Counted from the first letter of the stretch, positions 42,188 to 51,663 are shown. The stretch: 64,000 bases of DNA from an uncultured virus (IMG/VR IMGVR_UViG_3300044845_000975) (IMGVR_UViG_3300044845_000975); one strand, 5' to 3'. Made by a program: numbers and translations. The notes: generated from the letters alone by a model not told the origin.

Positions 42188-42871
42188 CTTGAGGGTCGGT
42201 GCATTGGAAACGATGCATTTGTAAGGTGTAAATTCGGTGAACGGTTTAAACTCCCAACGCCGAGCGAAGCTAAAGAAATCTAAAGTAAGTTTGGTAACTT
42301 AGTCTGTATTGGTGTAAATACTAATATGGAAAAAGAAACTAAATTAGCTTATGTGGCAGGATTTATTGATGGAGAAGGTTGTTTAGCAATAAACAAAAGA
42401 ACTCATCGAAATAGAAACGGCGAATGGATAGGGTACTCTTGTTATGTTGATTTAGCAAATACCAATAAAGAAGTAATGGATTTTATAAGAGATTTTTTAA
42501 AAATATCTTCTAAAGTTTATGAAAATAAGTTAAAAGGTAATCGCAAATTAGCATACAGATTGCGTCTAAACATGAACGAATCTAAAAAACTGCTCTCTTT
42601 GATTGGAAAGTATTTAATAGTCAAAAAAAAACAATGCCGAGTATTTTTAGATTTCTGTGAAAACAGTAAAGATAAAGAAAAAAGAGAAGTTCTTTGGCTT
42701 GAAATGAAAAAACTTAATCATAGAGGTCTTTAGACCGTGTAGAGACTATAATCACCTATCTAAAGTTTCAGAAACGATGTGAATAAGACCCGTCAACACT
42801 CTGAAACAATGATAAAGGCATAGTCCAGACCACAAACAGAGAAATCTGGTAGTGAAAACTATAGTGGTAAG
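42188..42871 (+). mobile_element. group I intron (684 nt) in tRNA-Leu
   Basis: 5' exon ends in U paired with G in P1 (GACU/GGUC); P2 with GAAA loop; P3 AGGTG/CACCT; P-like AAATTCGGTGAA and Q-like AACGCCGAGC elements; P7 GACTAT/ATAGTC; two GAAA-capped P9 hairpins; terminal G. Confidence 0.92.
42326..42733 (+). CDS. intron-encoded single-motif LAGLIDADG homing endonuclease
   Basis: LAYVAGFIDGEG, YLIVKKKQ; located between the Q and R elements (P6 region). Confidence 0.9.
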   Translation: MEKETKLAYVAGFIDGEGCLAINKRTHRNRNGEWIGYSCYVDLANTNKEVMDFIRDFLKISSKVYENKLKGNRKLAYRLRLNMNESKKLLSLIGKYLIVKKKQCRVFLDFCENSKDKEKREVLWLEMKKLNHRGL

Positions 42872-42956
42872 TAAAATCCGCTGGCGAAAGCCTTGCCAGT
42901 TCGATCCTGGCTGCATCCACCAATTTCGGTTAAGACCCACCAAAACTATCAAAATT

Positions 42957-43136
42957 ATGGGATACGACAAACACTATCAACGCCAGAAACAATCTTTGTT
43001 TTTCCCTGGCCCAATTGACCCTAAAACTGGCAATTACACCCCTTCACCAGCAGCCAGAGAAGGAATTAAGCAGTTCCCTAGAACAAGAGCAGAAAAAGAA
43101 AAATTAGAAAAATTTTATCGCCGCCATGGTTTGTAA
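42957..43136 (+). CDS. small hypothetical protein (59 aa)
   Basis: ATG downstream of the tRNA; the longer ORF call overlaps the intron and tRNA exon. Confidence 0.55.
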   Translation: MGYDKHYQRQKQSLFFPGPIDPKTGNYTPSPAAREGIKQFPRTRAEKEKLEKFYRRHGL

Positions 43137-43146
43137 TTAATGAATT

Positions 43147-43258
43147 TTATCTACCGTGTTTATGCTGACCGAGTTGACAAGCCGAGTTATGTCGGCGGAT
43201 GAAGTGTGAGAGAGCATGTGCCACTAGAATTCTGGGGGACTCTCACAGCGGTAGATAA
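43147..43258 (+). ncRNA. candidate structured ncRNA A
   Basis: 10-bp closing stem ttatctaccg/cggtagataa, inner stems gccga/tcggc and tgtgagag/ctctcaca; strand assumed from flanking genes. Confidence 0.5.
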
Positions 43259-43265
43259 TTAATTT

Positions 43266-43338
43266 TCGAGATTGCGAGTCAGCCTCCGAATCTATACAGT
43301 GATTCTCGACTGTGATAGGAGATAAAGCAGACCGCCCA
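43266..43338 (+). ncRNA. candidate structured ncRNA B
   Basis: GC-rich imperfect hairpin around acagt/actgt with alternative pairing tcgaga/tctcga. Confidence 0.3.
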
Positions 43339-43355
43339 AATTAAAATTAATAAAA

Positions 43356-43468
43356 AAGTGCGTGGCGAAATGCAAAGACGCCTTGGTTTCATGAGCCAAG
43401 TTCCCTATACCAAACCAGCCGTAAGGATACCGTGTATAGTGCAAGTTCAAATCTTGTCGCACTTACCA
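43356..43468 (+). tRNA. atypical tRNA, CAU anticodon, ~41-nt variable region
   Basis: Acceptor AAGTGCG/CGCACTT-A-CCA; anticodon arm TTGGT-TTCATGA-GCCAA; T-arm GCAAG-TTCAAAT-CTTGT; 113 nt. Confidence 0.75.
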
Positions 43469-43514
43469 ATTTCTGATTGACAAACACTATTTTGCCAGTA
43501 TATTAACTCACAAT

Positions 43515-45455
43515 ATGAAAATCCAAAACATTGCAAACCCACTCATCTCTTCTGAAAACATGTCCTCTTCCATTATGGGAATGGACGCTAGGGGAGCAGA
43601 CATGGCAACCTACTATCTTCGCGACAAGATTTACAGTGATAAAATTCTAGCTGTTGTGCGCGAGTATGCTTGCAACGCGCTTGACGAGCATAAGAAACAC
43701 AAGATTGAACAACCAGTGCGCTTTGGCCTTCGTGTTGGTAGTGGAGAAGAGCCTTCATCTTTCTTTGTTCGCGACTACGCTAAGGGACTGAGTGAAGATG
43801 ATATTCGCAACGTGTTTGGCATGTATTTCCGCAGCACAAAGAGCGGCAGTAATGATCAGATTGGTGGTTTTGGCATTGGTTCCAAGGCTGGCCACAGCTA
43901 CACTGATACTTTTTACGTTAAAAGTTTTTACAATGGCGTTTGCAGCCTCTATGCTTGCACTCTCGGTGGCGGCAACACTGGAGTTCCCGTTGGCCACATC
44001 TTCAAGGTGAGTGAAGAACCAACCAGCGAAACAGGCTTAGAAGTTTCTTTGGAAATTAAAACAACAACAGACTATGCTAAGTTTTCAAATCATTGTTATG
44101 ATTTTTGCACATTTTGTTCTCAAAACATTATTCTTTATTTGAACGATGTTGAAGTTCTTCCACACAAACCTAGTTACGAAGAAACGGTTTCTGATTTTAA
44201 ATTCCGTTTTTATAACGACGTTTCAGACTATACGAATGTTAAAATTCACATGGGAGATGTTTGCTACGACAAAAATACATTCGCTTCAGCCTATAACAAT
44301 ATTTGCACAGGTAAAATAAATAAAAATACAGTAATGGTAGTCGAAGTGCCAATGGGCAAAATGACTCTACCAATTTCTCGCGAAGGCTTTGAAGTGACGC
44401 CAGCAAACAATCGAGTGCTGAATGAACTAAAAGAATCAATTGTTAAAATTGTGGAAAAAGACTTGGCTAAAATCAAGCCAATGTCAATCCCTGAACTTAT
44501 TAGTTCAAAAAATGAGTACTCTGTTATTGGCGAAAATTTTCATGTTTATAAAAAAGATTTTTATCCAAACACTCATGAAGTAACACTAAACATTGGAAAA
44601 CTCAATGACAACGCTCTTGAGAAGGTTGATGGTAAGTTTGTTTGCGTTCTTTTGCCTAATAAAGCTTCTTCCGAATACTGGCGCAATAAGATTAAGGAAC
44701 ATGCCACCGCTAATGGCAAAAACTACTATTACTTGAATGAAGGTTTCCTAGATCAGTGCAAAGATCGCCAAGAAGTTGACTCATTCTTTGAATTCAAGAA
44801 AGTAAAGAGTTCATACTTTGGTTGGAAAAAGGGAGCTTCTAAAAGAGTTGTTGACATTAACACAAAGTTTGCTGTTAGCGGCCATTGGAGCAGCAACCAC
44901 TATTGGGATAATAAAAGTCTCAATGCTCTTGAACTTCACAATATGTCTCGCTCCGCCCTTAATCTGCCAACAGCTTCCACTATTGACGAAGCAAAAAAAC
45001 AGATTAAAAATACCAACTTCGAAGAAAGACTTCAGCTTGAGCATTTTAGCTTCTACAGCGACCACTCTAGCGCTTTCACAAATGGCGCAAAAGTCTTTTT
45101 CCGCAGCAAAACCTTGAAGAAGGCAATGCTTGAGATTGGTTGGTTAGATTCCGCAGAAAGTGAGTATAAAAACAAGCTTGAAATTGTTTGCAAGAAAGAA
45201 AAAGATCAAGCAGCACTGAACAATCAGGTGCAAAATTCTTGCCCCAAATTTCTTACTGACTACAATTCTCGCAAGATTAAATTCTCCAAAAATCCCAAAT
45301 ACGCGCAAAAAGCTTATTGCATCATGGAAAAAATTCGCCAAGAACACTCTCTTCGCTCTTCAATCATTAAATCTCTTGACTTTGGCGTTGGACATTGGTA
45401 TAGTAACGTCTTTATTACCCGCAGCGAATTCAGGAAAATCCTGAAAATGAAATAA
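43515..45455 (+). CDS. rIIA: rIIA-like protein with N-terminal GHKL ATPase domain
   Basis: IYSDKILAVVREYACNALD, VRDY..GLS, STK...IGGFGIGSK, SRE motif; upstream of rIIB. Confidence 0.85.
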   Translation: MKIQNIANPLISSENMSSSIMGMDARGADMATYYLRDKIYSDKILAVVREYACNALDEHKKHKIEQPVRFGLRVGSGEEPSSFFVRDYAKGLSEDDIRNVFGMYFRSTKSGSNDQIGGFGIGSKAGHSYTDTFYVKSFYNGVCSLYACTLGGGNTGVPVGHIFKVSEEPTSETGLEVSLEIKTTTDYAKFSNHCYDFCTFCSQNIILYLNDVEVLPHKPSYEETVSDFKFRFYNDVSDYTNVKIHMGDVCYDKNTFASAYNNICTGKINKNTVMVVEVPMGKMTLPISREGFEVTPANNRVLNELKESIVKIVEKDLAKIKPMSIPELISSKNEYSVIGENFHVYKKDFYPNTHEVTLNIGKLNDNALEKVDGKFVCVLLPNKASSEYWRNKIKEHATANGKNYYYLNEGFLDQCKDRQEVDSFFEFKKVKSSYFGWKKGASKRVVDINTKFAVSGHWSSNHYWDNKSLNALELHNMSRSALNLPTASTIDEAKKQIKNTNFEERLQLEHFSFYSDHSSAFTNGAKVFFRSKTLKKAMLEIGWLDSAESEYKNKLEIVCKKEKDQAALNNQVQNSCPKFLTDYNSRKIKFSKNPKYAQKAYCIMEKIRQEHSLRSSIIKSLDFGVGHWYSNVFITRSEFRKILKMK

Positions 45456-45480
45456 TCTCTTGACAAAGAACCAAAAACTT

Positions 45481-46107
45481 TTAAATTAATGAACCTTTTC
45501 GAAGATTATCTTTCGCCCAAAGAGGTTGAAGATTTAAATAATGATTTGCTTTCCATGGGTCAGGAGAATTTTTAATAAACCAATTTAAAGGAATTTTATG
45601 GTCAATATGCCACTCTCCATGATTATCCCATGACATACCTTCTGTCCAAAGAGATTCAATATGTAATTTAAATTCTTCTAGCGAGCAACCAAGGTAATCT
45701 AGCGAGCGTAATTCTTTATCTTGTTTTACTGCCCTAGTAACTCTTTGAATGCCTTTTCTCACAAGACACTCCAATTTAAATAATAAATTATTTTTATATC
45801 TTTTTCTTGTTGATTTCATGACATTTTGGACGTGCCTTTTTTTATTTTCATTCCTCCATTTGGTAGATGTTTCATTCATCTTTTCAGAATTTTTATAATA
45901 ATATTTTCTTTTATATGACCTCGCTTTATCTTTATTGTTTTCCACCCATTGTTTAGTATGTTCTATTTTGTTTTCTTTATTTTTTAAATACCATTCTCTA
46001 TTAATTTTATTTATGCAGCATTTGCATCGAGCTAATGGAAAACCTTTAGAAAAATGAAAATCATTTACATCTTTCTCTTCCTTACATAATGAACAAAATT
46101 TTTTCAT
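45481..46107 (-). mobile_element. free-standing HNH homing endonuclease gene
   Basis: N-terminal CxxC..CxxC, LGCS...GMSWDNHGEWHIDHKIP...NHYLNLQPLWAKDN. Confidence 0.88.
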
Positions 46108-46245
46108 ATAATTAATTACACATAAAAAATGAAATCTAAAACAAAAATGAAATCTAATTGAAAAATTCTTGACAAATAGCAATTCTCTAGTATTATTCTT
46201 TCGAATCCCCGCAACAAAACAATAAACAAATAGATAAACAAATAA

Positions 46246-47238
46246 ATGGATTACATCATTAACAGCAGCAGCATCATTCTCTTCCTTGATAATAAGCCAA
46301 TCAAGTTTGAAAAAAGCAGTCGCCAATACGCGCAAATCATCGAGAAGTTTGACCTTCCCGCAGATCAACAAGAAAAGGCGATTCGAGAAGTTATCTTTGA
46401 TTCTCCCTCTTCCTTGAATAAAAATGGCTTTAAAGCCACTGATGAAGGAGTCTTTTACAAGGGCGAGAAGCTTCCAGAAGCTCTTGCTGCGAAGGTTCTT
46501 AGTCTCAACAAGGAAGGTCTTCCTCTCAACTTGTTTGAAAAGTTCTGGCAGAACATCAAGGAAAATCCTTCATGCTCTTCTGTGAATGAGCTTTATGAAT
46601 TCCTTTCTTACAAGGAACTGCCAATCACTGAAGATGGTTGCTTCCTTGCTTACAAAGGTGTTGATAGTAATTTCTGGAGCATTAGCGGCAACAAAGACAC
46701 TAATGTTATCAAGGGTAAGGTGAACTCCTCTGGTCAAATCTACAACGCTGTTGGCGAGCGTATTGAGGTTGTGCGCCGAGATGTTGACGATGACCGCAGA
46801 AATCACTGCTCTCACGGTTTGCACGTTGGCAGTCTCGACTATGCAAGCAACTTTTCTCGCGGAAAGCTTGTAGTGGTCAAGGTTAACCCGAAAGACGTTG
46901 TTAGCGTTCCAACAGACTACAGTTGCCAGAAGTGCCGAGTGAGCGCTTACGAAGTAATTAGTGAGTTTGGCGCTGAAATCAAGGCTCCCGCTGTTGATGA
47001 AAACAATGAGCCGATTATCAACACTGACTGTGCTGCGCGTGATGCCTTTGTTAACAGGGTAAAAAATTATCTTAATAAGATGATTGATAAGGGCTACAGC
47101 GAAGTTTGTGTTCGCAAGATTCAGAACAGTTTCTCACCAGAGTATCCTTCTAAGAATCGAGTACTGGACGCTCTTGAAGAGCTTGGTTACTACTGGCACG
47201 AAGATGATGATGGTCTAATGGTGGTTCTTGAAGACTAA
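46246..47238 (+). CDS. rIIB: rIIB-like protein
   Basis: ENPS...ELYEFL...PITEDGCFLAYKGV, CSHGLHVGSLDYA, VKVNPKDVVSVPTDY. Confidence 0.9.
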   Translation: MDYIINSSSIILFLDNKPIKFEKSSRQYAQIIEKFDLPADQQEKAIREVIFDSPSSLNKNGFKATDEGVFYKGEKLPEALAAKVLSLNKEGLPLNLFEKFWQNIKENPSCSSVNELYEFLSYKELPITEDGCFLAYKGVDSNFWSISGNKDTNVIKGKVNSSGQIYNAVGERIEVVRRDVDDDRRNHCSHGLHVGSLDYASNFSRGKLVVVKVNPKDVVSVPTDYSCQKCRVSAYEVISEFGAEIKAPAVDENNEPIINTDCAARDAFVNRVKNYLNKMIDKGYSEVCVRKIQNSFSPEYPSKNRVLDALEELGYYWHEDDDGLMVVLED

Positions 47239-47244
47239 AAAAAT

Positions 47245-47274
47245 AAACGGGGGGAGAAATCCCCCCGTTTTTTT
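47245..47274 (+). terminator. intrinsic terminator after rIIB
   Basis: aaacgggggga-gaaa-tccccccgttt plus T-tract. Confidence 0.9.
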
Positions 47275-47308
47275 GTGTATATTTAAATGCCAGAGTGTAT
47301 ATATGATT

Positions 47309-47590
47309 ATGGCATATTCTTCTTCACCGCAGACTTACTTAGGAGCGTCTTTAGGTGCTTTTGGCAGCACAATCATCACTGGTACAGGTATTTACACTGG
47401 TAATTGGTGTGCTATTCGTTCTTTGGACGTTAACTTCACCTTTGGTCAAAACATTTCTGGCGACAATATTACTAATGGAATTTATTTAACAGGCAAAGCT
47501 TTCGCTGCTCCAACAGAAATCTTGGGCAACTTCACTAGAATCCAGTTAATCACTGGTGCTTGTCAAGCTTTTGTTGTTCCAACTACTTAA
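47309..47590 (+). CDS. small beta-rich virion protein (putative)
   Basis: G.FT.I.L..G C-terminal pattern; GTGTAT motif 8 nt upstream. Confidence 0.6.
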   Translation: MAYSSSPQTYLGASLGAFGSTIITGTGIYTGNWCAIRSLDVNFTFGQNISGDNITNGIYLTGKAFAAPTEILGNFTRIQLITGACQAFVVPTT

Positions 47591-47594
47591 TTTT

Positions 47595-48473
47595 ATGATT
47601 GGATTACGACGATCTTTTTTTGCAACTTCTAGTAATCCTCTTTTAAGGGATTTATATTTATTAGGTAAAAAGTACGACGGTTATTTTAATGATGACTTGA
47701 ATTTTTTCACTATTAACGGCCCAATTGCCACAGCGCAAACTTATAATATTTCTGGTTTCACTAACAGCGCAGATAATTATTCTTGGTTATTTAAAGGATA
47801 TTTTATTCCAACAACAACCGAGACATACACATTTTATACTAATTCTGACGATGCGAGTTATTTATGGATTGGTGTTGACGCTTCTGGCGATTCAACAACG
47901 AGCAATGCTCTTGTGAATAATGGCTCCACACATCCGCTTCAAGAAAGAAGTGGTTCAGTAGCTTTACAAGCTAACACACTTTATCCGATCAAAATTGCTT
48001 TTGGAGAAAGCGTTGGCGATGATACTTTAACTGTTTCCTTTTCAACTCCAACAATCAATAAAACAACAAATGGCTTTAACTTCTACAGAGGTGGCCAATA
48101 CGCTTGGAATAATTGGAGTGAAAATGTTACGCCAACTCCGACTCCGACTCCAACTCCGCCGCCACCAACTCCGACTCCGCCGCCAGTAAATACGTTTTCA
48201 TTAGGGTTTGCCAATATTTCTCAAGAGTCATGCACTGCTTTAAGAACTAATTACTACAGTGATTCTGCTTTATTACAAGCTGGTTCAAGCTTGTATCAAG
48301 ACAACACACTAGCTAACCCTGTCAATGCTGGAAGTTATTCTGATGGAACTGATGTTTTTGTAGTAATTGGTGGTGGTGGGTCTATTTCATACGTAGAAGC
48401 GGGTATTTGTAGTACACCACCTCCTCCAACACCAACACCACCTCCTCCAACGCCTACTCCAACACCTCCGTAA
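47595..48473 (+). CDS. PA14-domain protein with Pro/Thr-rich linker and tail
   Basis: YSWLFKGYF.P...YTFYTNSDDASYLWIG...NNGSTH...YPIKIAFGE; two PT/PP tracts. Confidence 0.85.
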   Translation: MIGLRRSFFATSSNPLLRDLYLLGKKYDGYFNDDLNFFTINGPIATAQTYNISGFTNSADNYSWLFKGYFIPTTTETYTFYTNSDDASYLWIGVDASGDSTTSNALVNNGSTHPLQERSGSVALQANTLYPIKIAFGESVGDDTLTVSFSTPTINKTTNGFNFYRGGQYAWNNWSENVTPTPTPTPTPPPPTPTPPPVNTFSLGFANISQESCTALRTNYYSDSALLQAGSSLYQDNTLANPVNAGSYSDGTDVFVVIGGGGSISYVEAGICSTPPPPTPTPPPPTPTPTPP

Positions 48474-48486
48474 GCTTAAATATAAT

Positions 48487-48518
48487 AAAAACCCACTCTC
48501 AAAAGAGTGGGTTTTTTT
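48487..48518 (+). terminator. intrinsic (probably bidirectional) terminator
   Basis: aaaaacccactct/agagtgggttttt hairpin. Confidence 0.9.
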
Positions 48519-48604
48519 GTTTCTTGCGTTGAGCCTAGTGATTTAACGAATATATAGCATTATTCTCTTGACAAAAGGGTTTTCCTGCGTATAATTTAAG
48601 TCCC

Positions 48605-49069
48605 ATGCAAGCTTTAACAGAACAACTCCTGAAACTATGGTACGAATTAATTGGCGGCGATCATCACAAAGATCGTGACTGTCATTTTTACATCGAAAGA
48701 AACTTCTCTACTTATAAGCGATCAAGGTGGAGACTACATCATCGCGGTTATTTGCTTGACGATATTGAAGAAGTTTACAATACTTACAAAGAAGCAGAAA
48801 AAGGATTGCAGGAGCTTTTGACTGAAAAAATCAAAGAATTTTGCGAAACTGACCCTCTTGAAGAGAGGTGCGAGAGAGAAGTCGAAGTATTAAAAAAACT
48901 AAATAAACTTTTGGAAGGGGATGACTCACCTGCTGATGAACCTCAAAAAGATGGAACCATTTGCCCAATTTGCGGGAACGCATTTTTAACTTATTTTATA
49001 CCATTAGACCCTTTATCAAAAGAGAATTTAATTTGCGGAGCTTGCAGCAGCGTTTTCAGGTCAGAATAG
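48605..49069 (+). CDS. hypothetical protein with C-terminal zinc ribbon
   Basis: HHKDRDCH motif; promoter TTGACA(48568)-N16-TATAAT. Confidence 0.7.
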   Translation: MQALTEQLLKLWYELIGGDHHKDRDCHFYIERNFSTYKRSRWRLHHRGYLLDDIEEVYNTYKEAEKGLQELLTEKIKEFCETDPLEERCEREVEVLKKLNKLLEGDDSPADEPQKDGTICPICGNAFLTYFIPLDPLSKENLICGACSSVFRSE

Positions 49070-49112
49070 TAAAAATGTTTTTATTTTAAATTTATTATAA
49101 TATATAACCAGT

Positions 49113-49688
49113 ATGACAACAGAACAAATCAAAGCAATGCAATTAAAAATCGGCGTAACTCCAGACGGATTTTGGGGGCCAAAATCAATCGCTGCATGTC
49201 AAAAATACCTTCGATCATTAATGCCAAAAGTTAATCCTTGGCCCAAGAGCGATACAGCTTCAATGTGCCGCTTTTACGGTAATCCTGGCGATGAAAAAAA
49301 TCTTGTGACTGTGGATTTCCCATTCACCACTTTTTACGAAGGCAAGAAAATCACAAAATTTCGTTGCCACAAGAAAGTCGCAGATTCTCTTGTTCGAATC
49401 TTAAAAAATATCGGAGAAAAATACGGCAAAAACCGTGAAATCATGGAGGAAGCTGAAGATTTTGGCGGCGTTTATAATTTCCGCAATAAGCGGGGAGGTT
49501 CCAGCTACAGCGTTCACGCATGGGGCGCAGCGATTGATCTTGATGCTGATGACAATACTTTTCGCGACTCTTGGCCCATGAAAGCAGACATGCCTCTTGA
49601 AATCATGGAAGAATTCTCAAAAGAAGGTTGGCTATCTGCTGGTGCTTTTTGGAATTACGACGCAATGCACTTCCAGGCAACGAGATAA
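49113..49688 (+). CDS. endolysin, M15-family peptidase with short peptidoglycan-binding N-terminus
   Basis: Q..IG...DG.WGP.S; YNFR...SVHAWGAAID; DAMHFQ. Confidence 0.88.
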   Translation: MTTEQIKAMQLKIGVTPDGFWGPKSIAACQKYLRSLMPKVNPWPKSDTASMCRFYGNPGDEKNLVTVDFPFTTFYEGKKITKFRCHKKVADSLVRILKNIGEKYGKNREIMEEAEDFGGVYNFRNKRGGSSYSVHAWGAAIDLDADDNTFRDSWPMKADMPLEIMEEFSKEGWLSAGAFWNYDAMHFQATR

Positions 49689-49926
49689 ATTTAAAAAACT
49701 CTTGACAACAAACCAAACTTGCGCCATGTTTTTGCAATGAACGAAGAAATTGCAATGAAATTAATTCCTCCAGCCCAACGCCTTTATAATATTGTAATGG
49801 ATGAGTTAGATGAGCGATGTGAAATATATGAAAAAAACTTCTTTTCCGATGAAGATAAGTATCATATTCTACGCTATCTAACAAACATGTTGGAAACAGA
49901 AGAAGCTCAACTCTATAAAAAACTAA

Positions 49927-50319
49927 ATGAAAATTAAGATCACTGAGATTGATACAGAAGAAGGCAAAACGCCAATCGAGCTTGAAGACATTGAACTTTC
50001 CGAAAACAAGCATGGTCAAATTATTCTGTCTTTTAACACAAAGAATCACAAGTATCTTGACATTGGTTACGGCATTGCATCTTTTCATGTTGATGGAGAG
50101 TATTGCGAGTTTGGATCAAGAGGTTTTGTAATTGAAACGAATGATCTTTTTCAACCAAAGGAGTTATCTTTTGAAATTCCAGAAAGTTCTCTCACTCTTT
50201 ACTTGATTCCAGAGAGTGATGAAGAAAAGCAAAAGCTTTGGGGCATCTCAGCTATTTTACCGCAAAAATGGAGTTATGTTATTTGTATTGTTCCATACAA
50301 AGACTTTTATAAACATTAA
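49927..50319 (+). CDS. hypothetical protein
   Basis: Dense plus-strand ORF run. Confidence 0.6.
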   Translation: MKIKITEIDTEEGKTPIELEDIELSENKHGQIILSFNTKNHKYLDIGYGIASFHVDGEYCEFGSRGFVIETNDLFQPKELSFEIPESSLTLYLIPESDEEKQKLWGISAILPQKWSYVICIVPYKDFYKH

Positions 50320-50321
50320 TT

Positions 50322-50597
50322 ATGATTGAAGACATTGCCATTCCTCATGACATTCGGGAAGCTGCCCAAAAGGTTTCAGACTATGCTAAAATGCAGGGTT
50401 GGGGAGATCAGTGGTGCATTGGGGGCGTGTCTAGTCGCGCCACGCACGACGCTTACATTGACTACAAAACTGAATACAATGAGCTACTGAGTATTTGCGC
50501 CTCTATTTGTTATGCGCGAATTGCCATGAACGAGACTCTAGTAAGGAAAGGGTTAAATGAACTTGACAATTACTTTCGAGAAGAGAATGTGAATTAA
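50322..50597 (+). CDS. hypothetical protein
   Basis: Tight packing. Confidence 0.6.
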   Translation: MIEDIAIPHDIREAAQKVSDYAKMQGWGDQWCIGGVSSRATHDAYIDYKTEYNELLSICASICYARIAMNETLVRKGLNELDNYFREENVN

Positions 50598-50598
50598 T

Positions 50599-50862
50599 AT
50601 GAAACTACAATGCAAACTCTGCGGTAAAAATTTACATAGCAACGAAATGCTATCAGCGCCAAACCCTTTTGATGCTGACGATATTCTTCAAGCTTGCCCA
50701 GATTGTAAACAGATTACAGATGGATTCGATCATATCTGCGACATTGACGGCTGTAAAAATTTTGCTGGCTGCGGATTTCCCGTGCCCAAAAAATATAAAA
50801 GTCTTTTCCCGCAGGATTATCTATACACTTGCCACAAACATTGGAAACAATACGAAAAATAG
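50599..50862 (+). CDS. zinc-binding hypothetical protein
   Basis: Several CxxC motifs. Confidence 0.65.
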   Translation: MKLQCKLCGKNLHSNEMLSAPNPFDADDILQACPDCKQITDGFDHICDIDGCKNFAGCGFPVPKKYKSLFPQDYLYTCHKHWKQYEK

Positions 50863-51126
50863 TATGAGAAATTTTATCAAAGAGATCGTAAAGCAATTAA
50901 AAATTGAAATAAAATTGATAACTTCAAACCCAGAAATTCTTGCGGCGGTTTTTTTGATTTTTTTATACCTCATGTTTTTAGCTTCAATACTCATTTCTAT
51001 CTTGACAAAAGTACAATAACAACATACAGTATTTGAATTAAAGAATGAACATTCATCCCTTATGTTATTTTGATATGGCGCAGGAAGAAATCGAAGCTTT
51101 CTTAGCTAAAACACAGTCACAAACTA

Positions 51127-51399
51127 ATGATTAAAATTAGCGAAATCCTTAACTACGGCGGAGCTTGCCCCTTTCAAATCGACGCTCTTACAAATGATAA
51201 TCGAAGAATCTATGGTCGTTATAGACACGGTTATGTTCGCGTTTACATTAGTAAAACTGGTGATTTGACAGATGATGCAGCAATAGATGGTGATTTAATC
51301 TACAGACATGACACTGGCAGACCGTATGATGGATACATGAGCTTAGAAGAGTTTAAAGAAAAAACTAAATCCGTTCTTGACTGGTCTGAAACAAATTAA
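51127..51399 (+). CDS. hypothetical protein
   Basis: ACP.Q.....Y.RYRHG pattern. Confidence 0.7.
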   Translation: MIKISEILNYGGACPFQIDALTNDNRRIYGRYRHGYVRVYISKTGDLTDDAAIDGDLIYRHDTGRPYDGYMSLEEFKEKTKSVLDWSETN

Positions 51400-51411
51400 A
51401 CAATAAATATC

Positions 51412-51663
51412 ATGGGAGAATGGACACATGTAGAAGGCTCTCACAACTCTAAGAGAGTCTCAATGAAAAAATTAACTGAGTTAATCATTGGAGACGATGA
51501 ATTAGTGTTTGGAAAACAAGAGAATGGAGAAGATTTTGTTTTTCATTTTTCTGGTTCTGGACTCGTTGCCGCTAAAAAACTAGAAGCAGTAACCACGGAG
51601 TTTAAAAGATTAGATAAAAATGCTCGATTGCACATGATCGCAACAATAGATTTTTACGCATAA
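51412..51663 (+). CDS. hypothetical protein
   Basis: M..WTHV.G start. Confidence 0.6.
   Translation: MGEWTHVEGSHNSKRVSMKKLTELIIGDDELVFGKQENGEDFVFHFSGSGLVAAKKLEAVTTEFKRLDKNARLHMIATIDFYA

Larger units (their letters stand above)
42154..42922 (+). tRNA. trnL: tRNA-Leu(UAA), exons 42154-42187 and 42872-42922, split by a group I intron
   Basis: Acceptor GGATGCA/TGCATCC-A-CCA; joined anticodon arm GCGGA-CT^TAA-AA-TCCGC; variable arm GGC-GAAA-GCC; T-loop TTCGATC. Confidence 0.92.

Noticed and set aside
42752..43136. ORF-track calls 42752-42970(-) and the 5' extension 42852-42956
   Set aside because: They overlap the intron core and the tRNA 3' exon.
43147..43258. Hammerhead ribozyme (CTGACCGA...GAA)
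   Set aside because: The core does not match CUGANGA/GAAA/UH and the stem I spacing is wrong; kept only as an unknown structured RNA.
46108..46371. N-terminal extension of the HNH ORF
   Set aside because: It overlaps rIIB and its promoter; the ATG at 46107 has the GTGTAA motif at the usual spacing.
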